From NCBI GenBank assembly GCA_951804945.1, contig OX638153.1, positions 98,952,001 to 99,016,000 of the forward strand: 64,000 nt of DNA, read 5' to 3'. A model generated the notes under the pieces. The model was not told the origin of the DNA and searched no databases. It worked only from the letters and a program-made list of their open reading frames with translations. The DNA comes from Podarcis cretensis (lineage: Eukaryota). This document shows, piece by piece, positions 49,201-62,043 of this stretch; within the stretch, counting starts at the first letter, position 1; every line of letters starts with the position of its first letter. The position numbers and the translations under genes are program-made.

Positions 49201-52200
49201 GGTGGAAAAATCAAAGTTAGAAACAGAACTGTTAGAACCCAGCTCTAAGATACTTTCAAGAATGTATAACTTGCTGTTAAAATGGAATACACAGGATGAA
49301 ACGGTCAAATCAGCCATGATAAAATGGGCACAGGACATAGGGTACAACATCATGTTTGCTGACTGGGAAAAGTTATGGACCACAGGTTTGAGATTTACGG
49401 CATGTAATGCCTTGAAAGAAAATATTATGAAAATGATATACAGGTGGTACATGACTCCAGTCAAGCTTGCAAAGATATACCATGTGTCTGATAATAAATG
49501 TTGGAAGTGTAAAGAAGCTGAAGGAACATTCTTTCACCTCTGGTGGACTTGCCCTAGAGTGAAGGTTTTCTGGGAAATGATTTATAATGAACTGAAAAAG
49601 GTATTTAAGTATACCTTCCTTAAGAAACCAGAGGCCTTTCTCTTAGGCATTGTTGGTCAGAGCGTGCAAAAGAAGGATCGAACCTTTTTTATGTATGCTA
49701 CAACAGCAGCAAGGATACTCATCGCTAAAAGCTGGAAAACTCAAGAATTACCCACACTGGAAGAATGGCAGATGCAACTGATAGACTATATGGAACTGGC
49801 GGAGATGACTGGCAGAATCCGAGACCTGGGAGAAGAACTGGTGGAGGAAGACTGGAAGAAATTTAAGGATTATCTACAAAAATATTGTAAATTGTATGAA
49901 TGTTAAGAAAGATGTAAGATTAGCAAAAACATGGCTTCAACAAACTAGTTATAAAGAATATAAATTTAAATTTAATTGGAAGATGAAAAGATAAATTTTG
50001 GATAAGTAATATTTTATGATTAAGTTTCAATAAGAGTATGTTAAACCCCAAAATTTGAGATATTAATATTGGAAAATTATATTATATGAATTAAACCAAG
50101 TTAATAATTTGCTGGTAAAATTTATGAGTTTAGAAAGCAGGAACAAGGGTTGTGAGGAAGTCCAAAGATGAGTATGAAATGTGGATATTGGAAAAGATTG
50201 TGTTATTATCTATGTATTTTATTGTTAAACTAAAATTTAATAAATATTTTTTTTTTAAAAAAAAGAAAGGCGAAACAGGTGAGCCCATTTACCTTCCACC
50301 TTGTCATAGTTTGGGTTGTAGTAGCAGAAATTGTCCGCCAGCTCCCTCCGCACCACGGCCTCTTCAATGAAGGCTTCTGCCGATTCCTTGTACCGGCTAC
50401 GGAGCTTGCGAACCTCCAGGATCGCTCTCTGTACAGAGATCTGACCTGTGGGAGGGCAGTTACTGTTCAGTGGGCTTCAGAGATCTTTGGAACTTGCAAG
50501 AGAGACTCTACTGCAGGCCACAGCAATCTTCTGGGGGTTCCCTCCCTGCGAGAAGTGAGGTTGCAGGGAACCAGAGAGAGGGCCTTCTCGGTAGTGATGC
50601 CTGCCCTGTGAAATGCCCTCCCATCAGATGTCAAGGAAATAAACAACTATCTGACTTTCAGAAGACATTTGAAGGCAGCCCTGTTTAGGGAAGTTTTTAA
50701 TGCTTGATGTTTTATCGTGTTTTTAATTTTCTGTTGGGAGCCGCCCAGAGTGGCTGGGGAAACCCAGCCAGATGGGCGGGGTATAAATAAATTCATTATT
50801 CTTATTCTATTTATTAATTACTAGGTGCCTAAGGGGTCTCTCTCAAGTAACCTGGTCTTGAGCTGTACAATTGCCATCTTCGTAGTCAAGATAATGCCAC
50901 TATTAATTGGTAGTTGTAACGACGAGCTCATATATGCTTATATTCATGTGCATTGATATAAGCTAATTGGCTTGCTTTTAAAGTTCTGCTTATCTGTGGG
51001 GTTTGGGGTGCTGGGCTCTGAGCCCAGAAAGGAGAATTATCTGTAAGATTTGGGTACCTGCCACCTGTGCCCTCATGTGGGCAGGTGAAGCGATGGGAAG
51101 GCCTGGCCAAAGGGACGTATTCTGCTTGGTGTATAAAGAATGAATGAAGGGTTCCTTAGGTATGGACAAGCCATCTCCTTGCTACCATGTCCGTTCTATG
51201 TCTGCAAAGGCTGGGATAACGGGCAGGCTGGCTTGCTCTAACGGATCACTCTGGCATCTTTGACATCCTTCTTTGGTACCCCTGCTCCCAAATACTCCCA
51301 CAATACTCCCTCCTTTGGGGCAGCAAACCAGGGCAACAGGGCCACAGATGTTGGTACCCAAACCTTGAATTTGCCCAGTAGCAAACTGGCAGCCAGAATA
51401 GAACTAGCAAGCAAGGTGTTACATGCTGGCGGTGGTTTGCCCCACAGCCAACCTAGCAGCCTCCGTATCATAGCCCAAGGGTAGCCCCACATGGAGCACA
51501 CTGCAGTAATCAAAACATCTAGAAGGCCACAACCCTAAATAGTTTTGCAGTCCCCCTCTGCTCCTCCCGTCACAGCACAATTTCTAATACCAACGCAGAT
51601 CTCTTTCAGATTCCACTGCTTCTTCTAAAGGCTGCTACCAACCCTGAACGTTTTTGGGCAGAGTGGACAGCTGATTGGGAACCCACTCAGGGTTTGGCCA
51701 CCCCTGAACCCCCCAAGGGTTTGACCCAGGCCTTGCAGAGGACCAGCTCCCCACTCACCAAAGTGGAACCAGGGCGAGAGGTTGCTCAGAGCCGCCCGGT
51801 TGGGATTGTTCCTGTCTGTGCCAAAGAACTTCAGGCGGTCCTCGATGAACTCTTCCAGCACCGCCAGGCCGGCAGCTGTCCCTGGCTGCGCCCAGGTCAC
51901 CTCCTTCACGGAGCGGTCGACCTGCAGGCTGGCATAGCAGGCGTCCCAGTCAACAGGCTGCAGAGTCAGAAAAGGAAGAGGGGTAAAAGCCGGCAGCAAG
52001 GAGCAGCAATCCAGGCCAAGGACGTTCCAGCAATCCTTAACATCCCAGAGCTCACGGGAGCGTGGGCATCATTCGGCTTTTCATTTATCTTATTTTTATT
52101 TCATTTCTTAAATTCATGCACCGCTTTAATGTTATAGGCCTCGAAGCAGTCTACAAAGAATAAAATAATAAAAATGACCAGACATGCTTACCCAAACACA

Positions 52201-55200
52201 TAGAGTTTACTGCTGATTTTAATCCTTTGAATGTTTTAAATAGTTTTTAACTGTTGTTGCCTATAATTTTATTGTTCTTTTGTAAACTGCTTTGAGGATT
52301 GATTGATTGATTGACTGACTGATTGATTGATTTTTAACAAGCAGCGCGTAAATTTTATGGAATAAAAATAATACATACTATTATTCAGGGCTTTTTTTTG
52401 CTATTCTAAAAGAACAAGGGAGCAGTCCATTGATGAGCTCTGGCGTCTCTTTTTCTCCAGGACTCGAGGCAGCTTACAAAAATACAAGAAAGCTAAACAT
52501 ATATATAAGACAATAGTATGCAATTAAACTTCAACAGGGTTAAAACAATATAAAAGCAAATCTATTAAAATACAGATGGTAAAAAATAAAAACGCATTTG
52601 TGGGGTGAGTATTGCATACCTGTGGCCTTCTGTAAATGTCAAAGGAGCATAGAAGAAGAAGAAGAAAAAGAGGAGGAGGAGTTTGGACTAGATACCCCAC
52701 CTTTCTCTCCTCTTAAGGAGTCTCAAAATGGCTAACATTCTCCTTTCCCTTCCTCCCCCACAACAAACACTCTGTGAGGTGAGTGGGGCTGAGAGACTTC
52801 AGAGAAGTGTGACTGGCCCAAGGTCACCCAGCAGCTGCAGGTGGAGGAGCGGAGACGCGAACCCAGTTCCCCAGATTACGAGACTACTGCTCTTAACCAC
52901 TACACCACACTGGCTCCCTTACACCATAAGATGCTCCCTTACCCCGAGTCAGACCATTGGTCCATATAGCTCACTACTGTCCACACTGACTGCCAGCAGC
53001 TCTCCAGGGTTTCAGACAGGGTGTCTCTCTCAGCGCTTCCTGGAGATGTCTGGATTTGAACCTGGCACCCTCTGCATGCCGACCAGATGCTCTACTGCTG
53101 AGCTACAGGCTTTCCCCAGCTTTTCTGTCCCAAGTTTGCCCCAGCTGCAGTGAAGGGCTAAGGGAGACCTGCTGGAATGTCTGCAGCAGTTTGCCAATAA
53201 TTACATATGTAAAAAAAAGAAGCCCATAAAAAACAACCCAGATCCCTGCTCCCAATATCAACTGCTACCTCTGCTTGGAACTCCGTGGGATAAGGGTGCC
53301 TGATGACAGGTGGGAATTCGGTGAGAAACTCAGCCAGCCGGTCGTGGATTTTCCGGCGGATAGTTCTGGCCCCGTACTCCTGCTTGTCGGAGGCCACCCA
53401 GCAGGGCACAATGTTGTGAGCATCGACCTGGAGAAGCAAAGCAAGAGAAACTGCAATTGCACACAGCTCCCACTATCCTAACACTCGCTATACAAAAATT
53501 CACTTATCCAAACCCAAGGAATTAATACCCAAGCCTCCTAGAATTGCTATGTACACCGCAGATTCAGATATCCAACAGCCAGACCTGCATGTAGCGCTGT
53601 AAACGAATTAGCAGCCTTAAACAAACCTTACTTTTTGTGTTTTCCTGCTTCATGGCAGCCATTTTGCCAAAAACCATGATACGAGGGAGGGAGGGAGCTG
53701 GAGAGATCAGACAAATAAGACAGCGTTTTCCTTCTTTATTTGCCTTTTGCAAAGTTTCAGAGGGTTTTCCTGGGTTTTCTTGTCATTTGGGGGTAAAATT
53801 CCGTGGTTGGGAACGGATTAGAAATTTCCCCATAGGAATCAATGGAAACGATTGACTCATTATGCAAACATCTGCCTAACAAATGATTTCCTGAGAATGC
53901 ATTGTATTTGAATAGCGAGACCTTTGTGTTAACGTGTAGAGACAGGGGAAAGAAGGATCCTAGGAACTTCTACAGCAGTCCTTGCCCATCTGGTGCCCTC
54001 TAGATGCTGTTGGTCCATAGCTTCTCTTAACAGCCACCAATTAATTGTGGCATCAGCTTTTCTGGGATGAAGCTGCTTCTTCTACCATCTGTGACTGGAT
54101 TAAAGACTTTTTGAGGGATCGGAGACAAACAGTGAGGATTGGGACTGTTACATCTACCTCCCTGAAGCTTAGCACTGGCACCCCACAGGGATGTGTGCTA
54201 AGTCCCTACCTGTACTCATTGTACACATATCATCTGATCCATCCACAGTAATTATTAAGTTTGCAGATGATACTACCATAATAGGTCTAATTGCAGGCGG
54301 AGATGAAACAATGTACAGGGGGGAGGTTCAAAAAGTATCTACATGGTGCTTAGAGAGTAACTTGCAACTAAATATTAGTAAGACAAAGGAGATGGTGCTG
54401 GACTTTTGGAGGAAGAGAGGGGAACCTGCCCCATTGTATATTGGGGGCGTTGTGTGAAGAAAATTCCTGGGAGTTTACCTTAGTGAGGACTTCATTTGGA
54501 AAATCAACAAAACTCAGGTGATCAGAAAGGCCCAACAAAGATACTATTTCATCAGGGTCTTACGAAAGAATAATGTTAAACAACAACTGATGAAATCCTT
54601 TGACGGTCCACAATAGAAAGTGTCCTTTCATATTGTATCACAGCGTAGTATGCTGGCCTGACAACCACGGACAGAAAGTCTCTACAGAGGGTGGTGAACA
54701 CAGCACATGATATCATGGGCTCTCTCTTGAGTCCGCTAGATGACATCGCAAGGGATCCTTGCCTTAGGAGAGCAAGAAATATTCTCAGGGATGACTCACA
54801 CCCCGGCCAGAACCTTTTTAATCTTCTACCCTTGGGCAGGAGATATAGAAGTATAATCAGCCGTACCAACAGGCTAAAAATTAGCTTCTATCTGTGGGCT
54901 GTTAGGCTGTTGAATGGAAAATAACATAGCAAAATTGACTTTGCGAGGTGGTGTGTTGTGCGATAAGCACACAGAGTGCAATGAAATTGAGTGTTTGGGT
55001 GAGCGCGGAGAGAGGCTCAGTTAGGATCCATTAATTTCATTGTACACAGGTTGTACACTGACAATAAAAGTATTATTATTAAGCTTCCTTTGTCAGATTC
55101 AGTGAACGTGACGGAGGTTATGAACTCAGGAATCCAGGCAAGATGGTGGAATGCTCCTAGGAGGGAACCACGACATCTGTGTCACCATGGAGACACCCCC

Positions 55201-58200
55201 CACTGCCCTGCAGCTCTGCCCAGATCACACCCCAGCTGCCAGACTCCAGGCCTCCCTACCTGGACAAAGGGCACATCAGGTGGCAGCCTCGCCTGGACAT
55301 CTTGCACCCACTGCATGGGGACGCGGAGGGGGGCGAAGTCCGTCACCACCCCGCCAATGCCGTGGGTCGTCACAAAGGGGGGCAGCACGTCCTTTGCGAA
55401 GCCGATGAGCAGGTGGAACGGGATGCTTAGTTCCCTGCATTCCTAGGAGAGACGAAAAGGAAGCAGAGAATATTTGGTCACACAGAAAGCTCGTGATATC
55501 GACTCATAGATTACCAGTTAGTCTAACTCAGTATTTACCACACTGGCTGGCAGCAGCTCTCCAAGGTTTCAGGTAGGGGACACCTCCTGGGCCTACCTGG
55601 AGAGGCCGGGGGCTGAACCTGGAACCTTCTGCATGCAACGCATATGCTCCCCCACTGAGTATCTAAAAGATACAAGTTTCTAATCCTCATTGTTTTGAAC
55701 GAAGGGTGAATTTGAATAGGAAGCCGGTTACATTATAAGCTGCCTTATACTAGACCAGTGGTCCCTCTTGTCGAGTATTGTCAACACTGACTGGCAGTGA
55801 CTCTCTAGGTTTTCAAACAGGGGTCATTCCCAACTCTACCTGGAGATACCAGGGTTTGAATCTGGGACCTTCTGCATCCCAAGCACATGCTCTTCCACTG
55901 ACTATGGTGTCCATCAAAAAGGAACAAAGTTCCAGCAGGTACAGATTTTTAGTTGCACACATAAATACAAGCCTGTGTCATATCTTGGCTATGAGTGCAA
56001 CTATTCAGGTACCAATTGTTTCTTTTAAGTCTGTCTCACTGCCGCAGTCATGCACCGGCCCAGCAACACAAGTAAAGGTAAAGGAAAAGGGACCCCTGAT
56101 CATCAGGTCCAGTCGTGACCGACTCTGGGGTTGCGGTGCTCATCTCGCTTTATTGGCCGAGGGAGCCGGCATACAGCTTCCGGGTCATGTGGCCAGCAGG
56201 ACTAAGCCACTTCTGGCAAACCAGAGCAGCGCAAGGAAAAGCCGTTTACCTTCCCGCCGGAACGGTACCTATTTATCTACTTGCACTTTGATGGGCTTTT
56301 GAACTGCTAGGTTGGCAGGAGCAGGGACCGAGCAATGGGAGCTCACCCCGTTGCAGGGATCTGAACCGCTGACCTTCTGATCGGCAAGTCCTAGGCTCAG
56401 TGGTTTAACCCACAGCGCCACCCCCCCACCCCCCGAATAAAACCCCAGCTTTTCCAAAGCTCTCCTAGGTTTCCCAGATGGAAAGTGTAAGTCATCCCCC
56501 CCGCCCCATCAAAAAAGTGAAGTTGGCACACTTCACCAACACCCACCAAAAGGCTGACTTAGCGTGCAAAAGAATAAGAGCACAGAAATATTTCTGCTGC
56601 AAGAGGAGTCCCACCCGTGCGCTTCTGCACAAGTCTCTGTTCTGAGTACTCCCCTCGACCGGAAAGACGAAAACCCAGAGTGCTGCCTCTTTCACTGACC
56701 CAAAAATCAATTTTCTTTGGAGAATGGGTTGCTCTGCCGGGTAAGTGAACGATCCAGTCACACCTGACGCAGAGACCCAAGACAAAAGGCCAGAGCAGTT
56801 CATCATGCAGAGCTGTTGTGGGAAGACTCCTCTGCCTACAGCTGCTTTGGGCTCGCAGGCTATTTACAGCATCCAGTAATATCCAAGGCAACACGATGAC
56901 CAAGTACAACAATGCAATATCAATATAAACTCTTTATATAATCTATACGGAACATTGAATGATATGAAAAACCAAATAAACAGAAATCTTATAAATCTCT
57001 GAAAGTCACAAAATGGATTCTCCTGAAAACATAGGACCAAATAAACATACCGGTAAGTCTTATAAGTCTCTGAAAGTCTTTGTAGACTATGCAAGGCTCT
57101 GAGAGAAGCAAGGGGCCAGATTCTTATCTGATGAAAACAAGCCATAAAGCTTTGTTTTATGACGTTTAATGCTGCCGAAGTGGTCCGCAAACAGACGTAG
57201 TGAACAGTGATTCCGGATATACCCACTGTTTCATAGAATTCTTCTTTAGCACAGCAGAAGGATACAGAAATGCTTCATAAACCCATCTATATGGTGAATG
57301 TATAGTTAAAGCTATGGTTAAACCCATCTATATGGTGAATGTATAGTTAAAGCTATGGTTTTCCCAGTAGTGATGTATGAAAGTGAGAGCTGGACCATAA
57401 AGAAGGCTGATCGCCAAAGAGTGGATGCTTTTGAATTATGGTGCTGGAGGAGACTTGAGAGTCCCATGGACTGCAAGAAGATCAAACCTCTCCATTCTTA
57501 AGGAAATCAGCCCTGAGTGCTCACTGGAAGGACAGATCCTGAAGCTGAGGCTCCAATACTTTGTCCACCTCATGAGAAGAGAAGACTCCCTGGAAAAGAC
57601 CCTGATGTTGGGGAAGATGGAGGGCACAAGGAGAAGGGGACGACAGAGGACGAGATGGTTGGACAGTGTTCTGGAAGCTACCAGCATGAGTTTGACCAAA
57701 CTGCGGGAGGCAGTGGAAGACAGAAGTGCCTGGCGTGCTCTGGTCCAGGGGGTCACGAAGAGTCGGACAGGACTAAATGACTAAACAACAATAACAACAA
57801 CATGGTGAATGGAATTGTATAACAACAATATCTATGGAGCAGTGGTCATAAAGTTATGATATTAGATTGTTGTACTTGGTCATCGTGTTCCCTTGGATAT
57901 TACTGATAATTGTTTGCAACATAGGGGTTTAATTGTTTGGTTACTATTTACAGCATCCGGCACGCAGCTGCGAATCTATGACAGCTGGCAGCAGCCTGGT
58001 GCCCTCAGGATATTTTGGATAAAGACTCCCATCAACCTTGCCCACAGGGCATGCTGTCTGCAGTTGATGGGCATTTGGGAAAAAGCTGGTGCGGCAAGGC
58101 TGCTGTGCCCAAATTCATGCTGCAGGTGGCTTGCCCACTAGAACCTCTCCCGGGTCCACAACCACTTCTGACACCGATGCAACACCTTCCCGACACAACG

Positions 58201-60647
58201 CCGGTACCTCGGCCACTTCCTTGAGGCCTCTGATCAGGAAACCGAAATGGCGGATGGTAGCCTCCAGGAACTTGGGCACCAGGCAGAAGCAGACATGAAG
58301 TGGCAACTTCTGCTTCAGGGCCAGTCGCTGGGCATAGAGAAAGGCCCAATTATCTGGGGAGAAAAAGAGCAGGAAAAAGCTTAAAAGAACAGCTCTGCAG
58401 CAGATGGTCAGTGGCTGGGAGTGTAGGGGGCACAAGAGACATGCAGCGTTTGGGCTTCCCCAAGCCTCTGTGCCAGCTTGATGGGCGCAAGTGCCCCAGT
58501 TCTGAAGGCAAGGCAGGGCACCTGGTGGTATACAGTGTGGCTCAGGACTGCAATACCTCAAGGAGCGCCGCTTTCTATATGAACCTCCCCGGACCCTGAG
58601 AACATCTTCTGAGGCCCCCCCTCCTCCTCGAGAGGTCCGGAGGGTGGCAGCACGAGAGCGGGGCCTTCTCTGCAGTGGCTCCTCGTCTGTGGAATGCTTT
58701 CACCAGGGAGGTTCGCCTGGCACCTTCATTATACAATCGTACCTCGGGTTACAGTTGCTTTAGGTTGCGTTTCTTCGGGTTAAAGACGCGCCAAAACCCG
58801 GAAGTACTGGAACGGGTTACTTCTGGGTTTTGGCGGTTGCGCATGTGCAGAAGCACCGAATCGCAACCTGCGCGTGCACAGACGTGCTGCTGCGGGTTAC
58901 GAACATGCCTCCCACATGGATCACGTTCGCAACCCGAGCGTCGACTGTACATCTTTAGGCGCCAGGCAAAAACGTTCTGTTTAACCAGGCCTTTGGCAGA
59001 CCTGATCAACACCCTATAGCCTTTTAAAATGTGGCTCTTTTGGGGGGTTGTTATTAGGTTATTGTTTTTATTTTGATTTTATGTACTGTGATCTTTTTTG
59101 TGAACTGCCCTGATACTTCCGGGTATAGGGCGGTATATAAATTCAACACATAAATAAATAAAAATACAGATTCCCTTCCTCCCCAGGTGGCTGGAGACCT
59201 GTTGCTATTTCTACAGCAGGGTCTCAGAGGGTCCCTATCTCCAGCATTCTAGGGCTGCCCAATCAGCATAAATGGGGGATATTTTTAGTCACCATACAAT
59301 ACGATATCTCTATTGTCACTGTCCCATACAGAACAACGAAATTGAAAAAATCTACACCAGACATTCAAAAACCAACCAGCCTTCTATCCCAGCTATCCCA
59401 GCCTGGTTAGCCCCCTAAAAACTCTGATACCCCATAATTAAATACAATATACTCCAACAGAGACTCTTTACACTGCATTTAAAACCAAAACCGCATTTGG
59501 GTAGAAACTGTTTCTCAGGCGGCTAGTCCTAGTCTTTATAACCCTGGACCTTCTTCCAGAAGGCAGAAGCTGAAAGAGATCATTTCCGGGGTGCGCACTA
59601 TCCTGCACTATCTCTGCAGATTTCTTATGGCACCTGGAAGCGTAGATTTGATCCAAGGTGGGAAGAGTGCACCCAATTATTCTCTCCGCAGTCTTTACAA
59701 CCCTGGACAACACTATTTTCTCCCTGACCGTGCAGCTCCAAAACCACACACACAGACCATAAGTTATGCTCCCAATCTAAACACTGAAAGCGAAGGGTGC
59801 TTCAGCTTCAAAGGAATTCTGTGCAACGTCCGCTCTATACAAGGGAACTTCATAGGAAAGTCACCCAGAAAGCAAGAAATACCGCCAGGCTCCCTTGAAT
59901 CAGCTGCCCCTGATAATCTGTTGTTCTCTTGTGTTTCATACGCATTATAAAACAAAACAAATAAATAAACAAACAAACTTTACAAAAAAAGACACAGTTT
60001 GCACACACACAAAAATTAGATCTAGCCGAAAGGCAACACAGAGAGACCTGCATTAATTACTGCAATGCACCCCTATAATGGTCATTAATGTATAATTGCA
60101 TAATTATAAAATTATTGTGTAACTTGGGAAGGTTGTATAATCTTAGAAGGGGTGTGGCTGTATCAGGAAGCGAGACGGCACTTCTGAATTTGCCACAATG
60201 CAATTGCTTTATACATAGCAAGGATGCTTTTTCCCAGTGTTTTGCCAGCCTTCACCCCCAGCCACTCCATCCCACCAATTACACAGAGGGGAAGAGGAGG
60301 CTGGGGCTGGGGGTGGGGGAAAGGTAAAGGTAAAGGGACCCCTGACCATTAGGTCCAGTCGTGACCGACTCTGGGGTTGCAGCGCTCATCTCACTTTACT
60401 GGCCGAGGAAGCCAGCGTACAGCTTCCGGGTCATGCGGCCAGCATGACTAAGCTGCTTCTGGCGAACCAGAGCAGCGCACGGAAATGCCATCTACCTTCC
60501 CACCAGAACGGTACCTATTTATCTACTTGCACTTTGACATGCTTTCGAACTGCTAGGTTGGCAGGAGCAGGGACCGAGCAATGGGAGCTCACCCCGTTGC
60601 GGGGATTCGAACCACCGACCTTCTGATCGGCAAGTCCTAGGCTCTGC

Positions 60648-60691
<44 letters not shown>

Positions 60692-61992
60692 TTATTTGTA
60701 ACCTACCCATCTGGCCGGATTTCCCCAGCCGCTCTGGGTGGCTTCCAACGAAATATTAAAAATACAATAAAGCATCAAACATTAAAAGCTTCCCTAAACA
60801 GGGCTGCCTTCAGATGGCTTCTAAATGTCAGATAGTTGTTTATTGCCTTGACATCTGCTGGGAGGGCGTTCCACAGGGCGGGTGCCACCACCGAGAAGGC
60901 CCTCTGCCTGGTTCCCTGTAACTTCGCTTCTCGCAGGGAGGGAACCACCAGAAGGCCCTCGGAGCTGGACCTCAGTGTCTAACCAACTACAAGTAGTGAA
61001 CTGTTGGTGCTCTAATTTTACTGCAAATATCAATACAAAATAAAAAAAATTCCTTCCAGTAGCACCTTAAGGACCAACTAAGGTGAGGTTGATGGACTTC
61101 CATTTCATGCGGCTCAGTGTGGTGCCTTCCATAGTTCCAGTTACAGATAGGATGGATGGCGGCTAACAGATTGAGGTTGAATCCTGACAAGACAGAAGTA
61201 CTGTTTTTGGGGGACAGGAGGCGGGCAGGTGTGGAGGATTCCCTGATCCTGAATGGGGTAACTGTGCCCCTGAAGGACCAGGTGCGCAGCCTGGGAGTCA
61301 TTTTGGACTCACAGCTGTCCATGGAGGCACAGGTCAAATCTGTGTCCAGGGCAGCTGTTTACCAGCTCCATCTGGTACGTAGGCTGAGACCCTACCTGCC
61401 TGCAGACTGTCTCACCAGAGTGGTGCATGCTCTGGTTATCTCCCGCTTGGACTACTGCAATGCACTCTACGTGGGGCTACCTTTGAAGGTGACCCGGAAA
61501 CTACAACTAATCCAGAATGCGGCAGCTAGACTGGTGACTGGGAGCGGCCACTAAGACCACATAACACCAGTCTTGAAATACCTACATTGGCTCCCAGTAC
61601 GTTTCTGAGCACAATTCAAAGTGTTGGTGCTGACCTTTAAAGCCCTAAATGGCCTCGGTCCAGTATACCTGAAGGAGCGTCTCCTCCCCATCGTTCTGCC
61701 CGGACACTGAGGTCCAGCTCCGAGGGCCTTCTGGCGGTTCCCTCACTGCGAGAGGTCAAGTTACAGGGAACCAGGCAGAGGGCCTTCTCGGTAGTGGCGC
61801 CCACCCTGTGGAATGCCCTCCCATCAGATGTCAAAGCAATAAACAACTACCTGACATTCAGAAGACATCTGAAGGCAGCCCTGTTCAGGGAAGTTTTTAA
61901 TATGTGACATTTTAGTGTATTTTTCATCCTTGTTGGAAGCCGCCCAGAGTGGCTGGGGAAACCCAGCCAGATGGGCGGGGTACAAATAATAA

Positions 61993-62043
<51 letters not shown>

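Noticed and set aside
48551-49906. Novel 451-aa host gene nested in the photolyase intron
   Set aside because: It is the C-terminal part of L1 ORF2, with TSD and A tail and no evident promoter of its own.
60647-62040. Inverted L2 pair as a circRNA driver
   Set aside because: The two copies can pair but lie in the same intron with no exon between them; at most an editing substrate.
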